DNA from: Fimbriosthenelais zetlandica
Taxonomy: Eukaryota
Direction of reading: 5' to 3'
Assembly (NCBI GenBank): GCA_977030845.1
Contig: OZ365111.1
Span: 21,266,001-21,330,000, forward strand
Length of the DNA: 64,000 nt
The notes below the pieces were generated by a model, which did not search any database, was not told the origin of the DNA, and worked only from the letters and a program-made list of their open reading frames with translations. Positions 14,101 to 25,358 of the stretch are shown here, piece by piece; positions within the stretch are counted from its first letter, which is position 1; the number at the start of each line of letters is the position of its first letter. The translations under genes and the position numbers were made by a program.

Positions 14101-16474
14101 CATTTTAATGAACTCCATTCCACCGCCACCTCTTGCATTTCCTGTTGTGAATCAATGGCAGTGACATGCCAGATCATGGAAGAAAGGAATGGCAGGTCGT
14201 CTACCTTGAGGGCGGGCAGGAGGACTGAGATCAAGATATGCTGGGTAGGTTGATTGTACCCAGCTTTATACAGTCTTTGTAGCATGCATAGGCGTTTATC
14301 ATAGACACAAGCCAATACTGCATGCATCACTGTCATCCCTGGAAGTCGAAAAGAAATGGAGTGTGTGTTAGTATGGCTGCTCCTGTTGGGTTGTCCATGG
14401 TATATAATGGCTATAGACTTCAAATGCCTGGCATATCTTCTTTAATAGGAATTGCTGAATGTTTATGCTTATCACAGCTCTGTTGACACATCAATACACT
14501 ATTATGGAAAGGTCTCTAGATGCAGCTTCTTCCCTCACGGGGTTTCTACTGAGTAGGGAACTGCCAACTAAGGAAAGGTCTCTTTCTGCAGTCTCATGCC
14601 TCGTGGGTTATTGAATGAGTAGGGTAATGACTCATTCATACTCTAAAGGAAGGACTTTTTCTGCAGTTTTCTGCCTCGTGGGTTATTGAAGGAAAAGGGC
14701 AATGAACCTTGAGGTTTCAATGAAGAAATCCGAGCCGGTCTAAGTGAGACTAGCCACAGAAGACCCTACTAAAATCAGAGGTTTTCTTTGGTTACTCAAT
14801 TGGATACCGGTAGGCATAGCTATCGTATAAGGCCCCCTTAAGATAGGTTTTGTATATTGCCCAGTGCCCAGTGAGCCTATAATATTTTCATTCCATGAAT
14901 GGTCAAGTATACGCTTCACCAATGCAAGTCTTTGGCAATAACAGTATAATGAAAAATAGACCTACACTTCCAAGAAGGAATTTTAAGAGTTAGTATATAA
15001 GTACCTTAAAAACTGTAGAAAAACAAAGGTAAAAGTAACAGACACATGTTATGAAATTTTGCTTGATTATATTGCCCGCTTTTTATGTGTGCCATTGTGT
15101 TAACTTGTGGAGAAAAAAAATACCCAAAATGACTGTACATTTTTAGAAGAGGAAATGTAAAAATTAGTAGATTAAGAAACTCACAAATCTTTTACTTATT
15201 TCTGTTATTGCTAATTAACATAGGGAAAACTGAGTTGCAGTCTTACCGCTTGCAGATTTAGCATGTACATCCACTCCACATTCTAGTAATTTGTCTAAAC
15301 ATTCAACATCGCCATCTCTGACTGCATGTAAGATGGGCAGGTCACCCTCACCATCTGAAAGATAGGAGAAGACAACTCAATTCATTGCCAGGTTTAAAAT
15401 TCCTAAATTGAACCTAAAATGCAACGAGCATTTTGATCCAGAAGAAACATCATAATGACCCTGGTACACTAAAATCTTGTACAGTGAAAACTTTGCGGAT
15501 TGAGACAAAAACATTTTGGGAATTGAGACAAAAATGTTCACTATATGGGGGGTGTTGCCGAATCAGACTTAACTTACTTGGTCTGTTGAAATCACAGTTG
15601 TGCTCATTGAGTAGAGGCAGTAGATCATACTGGTTATATCTGACGGCTACATAGACAGCACCATCCTGATAGACGTTCAGGGGTTGGTGGAAGGCCCCAT
15701 TGCTCAGCAACCAGTTCACCATGTCCGCCTGGCCACACTTGATGGCCCAGAAGAGGGGAGTGGTAGCTTCATAATCTGACGTGGCCCAGTTTATAGAATC
15801 CGCTGGTTTGCTCACAAACTCTTGTAGGACTTTAAGGGCACCTGCGGGGGAAAAAAGTTTTTTTTAAATATATTTTTAAAAATCTTGTATCGAAAGTTAG
15901 GGTGTTTGAAAATCAGAAAATGTATGAGCTTTAAGGAAGTTAGGCCATAGTTGACCACAAGGCCAAGATATACTGATTTTTTCCCGATTTCTTTCCTAGT
16001 TTTTCTAACAAATCTCCAAATAGATGATCAATAATACATTTTAGAACATGATGGGATTTAATTCATTTTTAGAAGTGCTAATAAAAAGGTCACTTACCAT
16101 GCTCTGCAGCCAGATGAAGAATAGGTTTGTCAGCGTACTTTTGGAGCAGATCAGGAATTTCCACCAGAAGATGCTTAAACATAGACACGTCATCTGATTT
16201 CAAAGCTTGCTGGATTCTGAAAGCACAAAAACGTAATTAAGTAAATTATATTAAAATTTAGACCTGCAGATCTATCTATAGAATTGAATTTTATTAGCTC
16301 TATATGAATTACCAAGTAGTGATTAATCATTCACCTATTCTGTATTTCTTCCGCCTTCCTTTCCTCTTCAGTAGGAACTTTCTCAGGAAATTCCTCCTCA
16401 TCTCGAAGGAAACATGTGGACAATATATCTTCAGCATCTCCAAAATGCACGAGTGGTCGTTTGTCAGGATCCAT
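10013..16474 (-). CDS. Ankyrin repeat and SOCS box (ASB-like) gene with four shared exons and three candidate alternative terminal exons
   Basis: Shared exons: 16474-16335 (MDPDKRPLVH...), 16216-16098 (...KPILHLAAEHG), 15841-15578 (...TTPLFWAIKCGQADMVNWLLSNGA...) and 15354-15247 (NGEGDLPILHAVRDGDVECLDKLLECGVDVHAKSASG|gtaag). All are GT-AG with matching phases, and the last donor is phase 1. Ankyrin motifs run across the junctions. Confidence 0.85.
11444..12540 (-). CDS. ASB-like terminal exon B (no clear ankyrin repeat; SOCS box + CPC tail)
   Basis: Phase-1 acceptor ttgttgtcttcctttcag|AT GGA CGT. The frame is open for 125 nt up to the tracked ATG at 12415, with an in-frame stop upstream of the acceptor. 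SOCS box CSLQHLCRLTIIQHY...LHIPTQLREYIAL. ATTAAA on the minus strand at 11223-11218. Confidence 0.7.
13263..14338 (-). CDS. ASB-like terminal exon A (ankyrin-like repeats + SOCS box + CLCLC tail)
   Basis: Phase-1 acceptor tttcttttcgacttccag|GG ATG ACA GTG (junction reads SASG-MTVMHAV). Contains SPLFFAT, TPLAAAL and the SOCS box PNKLSHLCRIAVLRSL...LPLPTRLKEYILL. Stop at 13263; AATAAA on the minus strand at 13026-13021. Confidence 0.75.
14570..14697. repeat. Imperfect ~75-bp tandem duplication in the ASB-like variable intron
   Basis: aaggaa..g..ct.tttctgcagt.t..tgcctcgtgggttattgaa occurs at ~14570 and again at ~14646. Confidence 0.75.
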
Positions 16475-16599
16475 GCAGCTTGGAGTCTAATACACCGTTT
16501 ATTCACCCTCACTTCCTCAGCTCGGGGAAGGGGCAGCGACGCAGATGATTATTTTTTTAGTTGAGGAATAACATGTTTTTTTCTGAAACAGAAAAATAA

Positions 16600-17170
16600 T
16601 TAAATGTCTTCAAAAGCTAATTGAATGTTGTGTACTTCACCACTAAGGCTTCAATTAAGATAATACCGCCTATTACCGGGTAACTTTAAATTTCTATGAA
16701 TCTATCAAGTTATTTTAAATGACCAAAATTAAAGCCAAAAGTTATATTTTTTTAATAATAAATTCAGGAGTCACACTGGTGCCTACAGCCTAGTCTGAAT
16801 TGCCAATATATCTTATGTTGAAATGTTGTGAAATCGGCCCCGACCAAGTTCAAGTCATATCAAGAAGACATAAACAAACTAGTAGAATGCCTTAGTTACC
16901 TTCGACTTCCACTTCCAGGTTCGATGTTTACAAGCTCAGTGTTCGTTTTCTAACTTATTTTCCACAATTTACAAAAGTAACAATATTAAATAGTTTCCCG
17001 AGACTTTCAGTAGAGTTTCCACGATATATTCATGACAATTTGGCCAGAAACAACGACGATTGAAATGAAATGCTCCTACATCTACGCAAATTATGACTTT
17101 GGGCGGCCATTAAAAAAGAGTAAAACATCGTGATTGGCGTTGATACGGGTAACGACCGACCTCACTAGGT
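16600..17170 (-). promoter_or_regulatory. Probable promoter and non-coding first exon of the ASB-like gene
   Basis: Locally CpG-enriched. YY1-like aatggccgcc on the minus strand (~17101-17110) and a CCAAT box (gattggc, ~17131). Candidate donor gaag|gtaact at ~16899 and acceptor tttcag at ~16585. Confidence 0.45.
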
Positions 17171-17607
17171 GGCGCGTCTATCCAAAGTCGACACTTTTCC
17201 CAGAGGGAAAGCAACTTCACACTCAAGCGCCATTGAATATATCTCCATTATAATTTGTTTTTTTTAAATGCATACACTTTACATACGCACACTTATGTAG
17301 GTTAATGTTTAATTTTTATTTGATGTAATAAAGAGTGTACATCATAGGCCTAGGTTTCACGGTAGCCTCACATAAATTAATATTTAAAAACAAACATAGC
17401 CATAGGCCTAGAGTCCAAGAGTACCGGTCGGTATCTAGCATTAATACGATATGGCAGATACGGGAAATGCACAATTTCCATGCAAATAAGCTGACCAGTA
17501 TATATAGCTAGAAGGTTTCCTTTGATTGCTAGAAATCTCCGGTGTACAGTATCCATCACGACTTTACTTCAGCGCCAAACTTTTAACTAACTGTAAGGGA
17601 CTGCCTC

Positions 17608-20600
17608 TCAGCTAAGTTTTATTGTTTTAGCTTTGACTTTATGTTGACCCGGAACACGGCGACCACGAAAATCCCCGACTAAATCTTCAATATCCTTGAT
17701 TTCTTCTCTTCCACTATCTTCCCTATCACTCGCCAAATTATTTTCCTGAAAAATACCATACCCTTGAGTCAGGCTTCTACTGTTTTTTGAATAAAGATTT
17801 TTAATTACAGAAATAGAAACAACCCAAAATGTATGCCTACATTAGGCCAAAGTACTAAATGATTTACAATTCAGCCCGTTTCAAAACTAAAATTAGCCAT
17901 AGGCTTAACATGGTAAAGGTACCACTTTGTAGGATTAAGAAATGGCCTGATTTTATCTACTGGTAGGGATAGGAGTAAGATGTAGAAACTTACTGATTTT
18001 CCTGTTTCTGTACAGCACGTGGGTTTACTGCATTGACAACTTTTCTTTTTGCCTTCTGACTGAGCTGTAAAAAGCTCTATAGCAGCCTGCCAAAATTCTT
18101 TTTTCCACGCCATGAAATCTTTTTCTTGACCTGAAAAAACAAGAAACGATTTTATAAATATGAACAATGCTCTCCAATCATAAGTAATATAGAAAATGTA
18201 CTTCAATTCACTGCAAAAATCTAGTAAACCGACCTACCTCCTCCACTAATTTCTGAAATATTTTCATCCAATATCCCAACAGGTAATAGTCGATGGTTAG
18301 CACCAAGTATTTCTAATGAAGTGTCGATTGTCATTGCAACCTAGAAAAATCAATGAAAACATAGATGAATGCAAATGCCAGGATTCAATGCTAAACTAGG
18401 CATAATGTTACCAGTAATCATTAATAATCCCATTTCCCCTGCCAGACTTAGCTTTAAAAATCCACTAAGCCATTATAATATCATCATGACATACCCGGGA
18501 AAGTTTTACAAGACAGTCTCACACCTCAATCATTAACCTCGTTAAATCAGGCAGCGTTCATCTTTAGAGATCAAGTATTCATTTGCATTACCAAGAATTC
18601 TCATGATTCATATAGAATATAATTATAGAATTAATTCATCGGAATAGACTGAAGGTAATTATGTACCTCCTGTCCAGGTCGCCAATTACAATCAGCCTAA
18701 AACCTGTGTATATAACAAAGACCCTCTGTGAGAGAAAGATGTGTATTGAGAGGCAGACTGAAAATCATAGATGAGTACCAAAAAACATACTTAAAACCTG
18801 AATATTTACTTAAAAACTTAATATATAAATCCATCGTTTCCTAATGCCTGTTACTCTATGTTAAAATAATCTTTGAAATTTAAATATTTCAAAAATTCCC
18901 TTTTTGACATAAGTCCTCATGCAAGGACTAAGTGCTTTCCAAACATAGAAAAAGTAAAATCTTTAGTTCTAGGCCCATAGACACCAACTCAACACCTAAA
19001 TCCATCTTTTTGTAATTCCTATTCCACTATGTGTAAAGTGAACATTTTCAAACTTCTTTCTAGACTCTTGTCTCTAAGCAAGGAAACTCTAGTACTGGTC
19101 CTTAACTCCTGTCACAACACAGCCTCCTAGCCCTCTATTCAAATTCTCCAGTCCTGCAACCACCCACCATGCAGTCAGCCCTGTTGCCATAGCAACTGTA
19201 GAGGGTAGACCCCCTAGACTTGACCACAACTGCTTGGCCACACCACTAACCATACTCACACCCACTCACCAGGCACCCACCAGTTTCCCCCCTAGACTTG
19301 ACAACAAACCCCTTGGCTATATATAATTCTTTTGAATAATCACTTATTGTGTCAAAGTAATCAATTTCAGGCTAATGTTTTTAAATATGAGAGAACAAAA
19401 CTAAACTCTGGATAGGTATTACAAATTGTAGATTCAGATATTCTCTATTTTATACTTAACTTAATTCTCTCAGTGCCAGGAGGCATATAAGTTTCACTGT
19501 TACATGTGGACTCAAATGCTTCAATTACAGAGATGTGTCATTGCTTTCATTAAAAAGAAGCTGAACATTTAATTTTGCAATCGATCTTCTCATTGAATAG
19601 AGGCCATTGTTATGATTGACCAGCAGAGTTATTCATTGAATAGTTCAAATAAAAAATAGGCTTAATGAAAGAAAGGCTTAGGCAAGTCCACTAATCCTTA
19701 GCCCCTCCAAGTGAGCAGTGGAGGGCGGGGGGCTGCTGCAGGTGCTACCTTGACCTTCATGTTTTAAATATTGTGTATTGTAGGCATTAGAAAAAACAAT
19801 GACTGGAATGCATAATGCAATACATGTATGCAAAGGTCTATTTATGTGCTTCAATCTATCTAAGTCATACTAAGCTCTATCTTTAAAAATAAACTTGACA
19901 GAGTGAAAAAAGCATGAAAATATTGACCAATATGGAAAATATTAAAAAATTCATAACAAATCAACTTATGAGTGGAATGCATAATGCAATATAGGTATCA
20001 ACAGGTCTTTTTATGTACTTTCATTTATTTAATTCATTCCAAGCTCTATCTTTTAAAGTAAACTTGCTGGATTGAATAAACTGAAAATATTGGGTCAATT
20101 ACTTTTTACATCATTGTTTCATCATGTTTTGTCATGAAAATAAACAAAAAGAAATGACCACCTTATAAATAACAGCCAAGGGTAACTCATGTACTAAGTG
20201 TTTTTTTCTCAGAATAAAAACCAGGAAGGAGATCGATTTTAAGTGATTTCATCCCCCTGACCTAATTCCACGTAAATAATTAGGTCAAAGGTCAAATATG
20301 TAGGTCAACTTATGGTCCATCATGTATCTTTACACTACATACCATTCATCTTATTCTAGATCCTCATGGGTCAAAAAAAAATTACAATCAAATTTTACCA
20401 ATTTGGCTGGTTTGGTGACGTCATGTGACGTCATGTGATGACGTATGACATCCATTCATCACATGTGACCACTTCTTACTATGGTCTACAATATGTGTGA
20501 AAACCAGATTCCTAGCTCTAATATAAACCCGTTTTTCATCAGTTGTCTAACTACAACAATAATAAAAAAAAAAAAAAAAATAAGTGTAGAACAACGAGCA

Positions 20601-23600
20601 CAAAATCTACAACCCCATTTTCCCCATAAAGGGGAAATGGGATTAATTTCCTCCACATTTTAACTCAAAACGGTGGCATTATCAATTTTATAATTATTAT
20701 ATAATTTCAAATATCGGAAGAAAGCTAAAAACGACGTAATAAATGAGTAATAAATACCTCGCAAAAGTCTTCCTGATATTGACTGTTCCCAATTCCAAGC
20801 ACTGTATACTCAAGCCCCTCCAACATGTTCCTGGGCAGGCGGGAATCATTGGCGCCCTCAAGTAGCCATTTATGGAACCAGACGGTATCATCAGGAGGGA
20901 TTCCATCGTTACAGGTGGCAATGATAAACACTATTAAGATTCCATTATTAATCTGCAAAACATTTTATATTGATAATTTTAAGCATTAGTTGAAAAATGG
21001 AATCATGTCGAAATATCTGATTGACCGAAGAAGGAACGTGATTAATTTTTAAAAGTGACAAATTCTGTACCTCTTGGGACAAACAATCCTCTGCATCGTA
21101 ATCTCTTATATTAACCATGGAAGACTTCAGATTCTGAATTCTTGCTTCTTCATCAAGAATAACGGCATATTTCTGTAAAGGTAAATAATTGAATCAAAGG
21201 CGTAGCCCAAAATAAACCATTCTTTTTTCTTCGAATCATGGATAATACAAAGGAATTGGTTCATGATAGGTGATGATTGTTATTCAAGCCCATTTCTTGT
21301 TTCCTTCTGGATTTTTTACCTATAAAACGAGGCGTTATAATAACATGAAACAATCTAACCTGAAATCGTAGCTTGCCTGTGCAGCTTCTGTTTCGGAGCC
21401 ATATACAATTTTGATACCGTTCAATCTCTTGCGTCGACTTCCAAAGCTGCTAACAATTCTCTGTTGGAATTAAGGGGAAATACATTTTCTTCAGCTGCAA
21501 GTACGGTATAAGTCAAATTCGGAAGAAATTACTTATATTCTTTAATTAATAATACAACGGAATATGACAAAATTCATTAAAGACTTTACTAGTCCTATAA
21601 TTCTATATTCACTCAAAATATATACATGTACGCGTTTCTCACCTGAAGGGTGAAGGGAAAAATATCTTATAATTATGTAGATGAGTTGAACGCCTACCTT
21701 GATGTATAATTTTGACTTTGGCTGTGTAATCAGCCAAGTTAAAACAAATCCAGTAGTTGCTAGGCTTAATACAGATATGGTGACGTGTTGTCTCATTTGT
21801 GATAGTAATTGACCAAATAAAGACAATCGACCTGGAAAAAAAACCGTTTTAGCATTTAAACTTTTTTGTCAGATAAGTCTAAATTAAAGATATATGTTCG
21901 CATTAGGTATTGTAGACTAGTCACTAATCTACCATCATCCATAGCCAGGACTTGTGGGGTGGGGATAATCCATTGGAGTTGGGTGTAGGGACCCCAGGAT
22001 ATTTTTTTTTTCAGGAATGCCAGTTTTTCTCTCAATCTCAGAGCCAACATTTGTCTCAAAATAGTTATTAATCCCATTTCCCCTTTATGGGGAAAATGGG
22101 GTTTTAGATTTTGTGCTCGTTGTTCTACACTATTATTTTTTTTTTAATGTTGTAGTTAGACTTTTGATGAAAAACGGGTTTATATTAGAGGTAGGAATCT
22201 GGTTTTCACACATATTGTAGACCATAGTAAGGAGTGGTCAAATGTGATGAATGGATGTCATACGTCATCACATGACGTCATATGACGTCACCAAACCAGC
22301 CAAATTGGTAAAATTTGATTGTAATTTTTTTGGACCCATGCGGATCTAGAATAAGATGAATGGTATGTAGTGTAAAGATACATGATGGACTATAAGTTGA
22401 CCTACATATTTGACCTTTGACCTAATTAGTTATGTGTAATTAGGTCAGGGGTATGAAATCTCTCAAATGCCATTTCTTCCCAATTAAAAAATGTTAGTAA
22501 TTGATTACACTTGGTTAATAAGAATCCTTTGGGTGGGGCGTATCTGAAAAATAGTTTTTGGTGAAGACCCATGTGACGTAAATGACGTCACATTGATGTA
22601 AAATCTAATTAACCCAATATTTTCAGTTTATTTAATCCAGCAAGTTTATTTTTAAAGACAAAGCTTAAAATGAATTAGATGAATTAAAGTACATAAAAAG
22701 ACCTGTTGATACCTATATTGCATAATGTATTCCACTTGTAAGTTGATTTGTTATAAATTTTTTAATATTTTCCATTTTGGTCAATATTTTCATGCTTTTT
22801 TCACTCTGGCAAGTTTATTTTTAAAGATAGAGCTTAGTATGAATTACAAAAAATGATGCACATAAATAGACCTTTGCATACATGTATTGCATTATGCAGT
22901 ACAGTAATTCTTTCTAATTCAGCTTTTGAATACACAAAAATTTAAGACAAGGTCAAGGTAGCACCTGCAGCACCCCCCCCCCCCCCCACCCCCCAACCCT
23001 CCACTCTCGTGGTCACTTGGATTAGTGAAGAGAGACTTGCCTAAGTCTTTCTTTCTTTAAGCCTATTTTTTATTAGAACTGTTCAGAGAATAACTCTGCT
23101 GGTCAATCATAACAATGGCATCTATTTTATGAGAAGATTGATTGCACAATGAAATGTTCAGCTTCTTTTTAATGAAAGCAATGACACATCTCTGGTAATT
23201 GAAGCATTTGAGTCCACATGTAACAGTGAAACTTATATGCCTCATGGCACTGAGAGAATTAAATTAAGTATAAGATAGAGAATATCTAAATCTACAATTT
23301 GTAATACCTATCAAGAGTTTAGTTTTGTTCTCTCATATTTAAAAACATTAGCCTGAAATTGATTACTTTGACACAATAAGTGATTATCCAAAAGAATTAT
23401 ATATAGCCAAGGGGTTTGTGGTCAAGTCTAGGGGGAGACCCTGACTGGTGTGACTTAGAGGTGTTGTGGTCAAGTCTAGGAGGAAACTCTGTTGTTGCCA
23501 TGGCAGCAGGTCAGGGTGCAAGACTGGAGGATTAGAATAGAGGGCTAGGAGGCTGTGTTGTTATAGCAGTTAAGTACCAGTACTTTGCTTAGAGACAAGA

Positions 23601-24621
23601 GTCTAGACAGAAGTTTGAAAATGTTCACTTTACACATAGTGGAATAGGAATTACAAAAAGATGGATTTAGGTGTGTCTATGGGCCTAGAACTAAAGATTT
23701 TACTTTGTCTATGTTTGGAAAGCACTTAGTCCTTGCATGAGGAATTATGTCAAAATGTGAATTTTTGAACTATTTAAATTTCAAAGTGTATTTTACTATA
23801 GAGTACCAGGCATTAAGAAACGATGACTTATATATTAAGTTTTTATGTAAATATTATGGTTTTAAGTATGTTTTTTTGGTACTCATCTATAACTTTCAGT
23901 CTGCCTCTCAATACACATTTTTCTCTCAAAGAGGGTCTTTGTTGTGTACACAAGTTTTAGGCTGGTTGTAATTGGCGACCTGGACAGGAGATAGATAATT
24001 GCCTTCAGTCTATTCCTATAAATTAATTCTATAATTATGTTCTATATGAATCATCAGAATTCTTGGTAATGCAACTAAATAATTGATCTCTAAAGTTAAA
24101 CGCTGCCTGATTTAACGAGGTTAATCATTGAGGTGTGAGGCTGCCTTGTAAAACTCTCCTGGATATGTCATGATGATATTATAATGGCTTAGTGTATTTT
24201 TAAAGCTTATTCTGGCAGGGGAAATGGGATTATTAATGATTACTAGTAATCGTGGTGGCTAGTTGACAAAACATTTCTATACTGTAGGTATAACCACCTC
24301 GGAATTAAAGTGGGTACCTATCATCCTATGCTCGTTCCCAAATTCGAGGAGAAGCGGGTACTTTAAGGTATAGCTCCTTGTGGTTTGTATGATGCATTTT
24401 TATTTCACAGTGCATATTTTTCGTTGTGTTATTCGACCATATTTCATATAGTTGGCACAAGCGATGGTATTTTCTCCTTGATTTGTTTGAAAAAGGGGTG
24501 CTTTTGGACGGGTAAAATCTCCTTGTTTTTGAAGAAAAAGGGTATTTTTTAGGGTAAAATCCGTGAAAATGGTTGGATTTTGAAAGTAGGGAACGAGCAT
24601 AGGTACCCACTTTAATTCTGA

Positions 24622-24654
<33 letters not shown>

Positions 24655-24918
24655 GAGTGCATATATAATCCCCGCCCCACCCCATTATGCACAAACAAAT
24701 TTATCTCCAGGTTGATGGGGATATCAACTGCCCTATACCACCCATTGTCCAATTATTTTAGGCACCCCCACACTCCACATCCCCCACTCAAATTCTACAC
24801 TCTTTGACTTTTGACTCTACACTACAGTCTACACCACAGGCACAGGCAGTGCCAGTGGCACAGTCTCTAGCCTAGGCTACTCACCTGGATCGGCGTGAAC
24901 TGCAGACAGATGAAGCAT
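17608..24918 (-). CDS. TYW1-like protein with only the N-terminal membrane anchor and flavodoxin domain (no radical SAM domain)
   Basis: Exons 21831-21698 (hydrophobic ISVLSLATTGFVLTWLI), 21460-21377 (IKIVYGSETEAAQ), 21172-21071 (KYAVIL...NIRDYDAED), 20952-20758 (IVFIIATCNDGIPPDD...WFHKWL...LEYTVLGIGNSQY), 18340-18238, 18130-17994 (KDFMAWKKEF...CQCSKPTCC) and 17745-17608 (KDIEDL...stop). These align in order with the TYW1 N-terminal half as I recall it. The first coding exon is uncertain: 24918-24885 is phase-compatible, or translation starts at the internal MRQH. Confidence 0.75.
18396..20647 (-). mobile_element. ~2.2 kb non-autonomous repeat element, copy 1 (Helitron/Helentron-like ends)
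   Basis: Reverse complement of 22067-24262 and 37648-39853. One end carries the hairpin CCCATTTCCCC-TTTAT-GGGGAAAATGGG; the other carries the complementary GGGGAAATGGGATTA and ends CTAG|TT. No coding capacity seen. Confidence 0.8.
22067..24262 (+). mobile_element. ~2.2 kb non-autonomous repeat element, copy 2
   Basis: Colinear with copy 3 and inverted relative to copy 1. Starts attaatcccatttcccc and ends ...ggggaaatgggattattaatgattactagtaat...ctag|tt. Confidence 0.8.
24298..24622. mobile_element. MITE-like element with ~30-bp inverted arms, followed by a poly-C run
   Basis: gaattaaagtgggtacctat[catcctat]gctcgttccc (24302-24339) is the reverse complement of gggaacgagcataggtacccactttaattc (24589-24618) apart from an 8-nt insertion. 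Confidence 0.6.
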
Positions 24919-25358
24919 TAAAAAGAATAAATATGACAAAACTTTTCTAACGTCTAACATTCTAATCATTATGAACATGGATAGATGTCACTTTCAGATT
25001 GTTTTGTGTGGTTTTGAGTTTGACACTGTCTTCACAGACAGACATGTCCGACAGGTGCTCGTGCCAAGGGGAATCCCAGGATATGACGTCACAAAAAAAA
25101 CTAGGTTAAATAACCTCAAAGCGGGTTTATATTTTCCGAGGCATGTAATCATTTTCACATACCTTGATTCTTTGATAAAAATGTTATAATTCAATATTTA
25201 CAAACCTTGCTTTCCTCCAATAAGACATTTTTGTATACATGACAAATTTACAAACTCTCTCCTCGAGGCTATCTTTATGGGGAATTCCCTGACCTACTGA
25301 CCGACTTCGTCATGTTCGTGTTGGCGCCTTTTAAGAATCGGTAAAACGAAAAAATACC
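24919..25358. promoter_or_regulatory. Probable bidirectional promoter between the TYW1-like and HIRIP3-like genes
   Basis: Short region between divergent coding starts, with CpGs at 25260-25350 and a TGACGTCA at ~25084. Confidence 0.5.

Noticed and set aside
14339-14423. TTG-initiated N-terminal extension of the 386-aa ORF
   Set aside because: It reads through a polypyrimidine tract and AG acceptor, so it is better explained as intron.
16327-16512. Tracked ORF MRVNKRC... as the ASB N-terminus
   Set aside because: Wrong frame. The ATG at 16474 (MDPDKRP...) gives the phase-2 donor that joins the next ankyrin exon.
19200-19320. Short spaced repeats (ctagacttgaccacaac / gtcaagtctagg) resembling a CRISPR array
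   Set aside because: Only two to three irregular copies inside a eukaryotic repeat element, with no regular spacers or cas genes.
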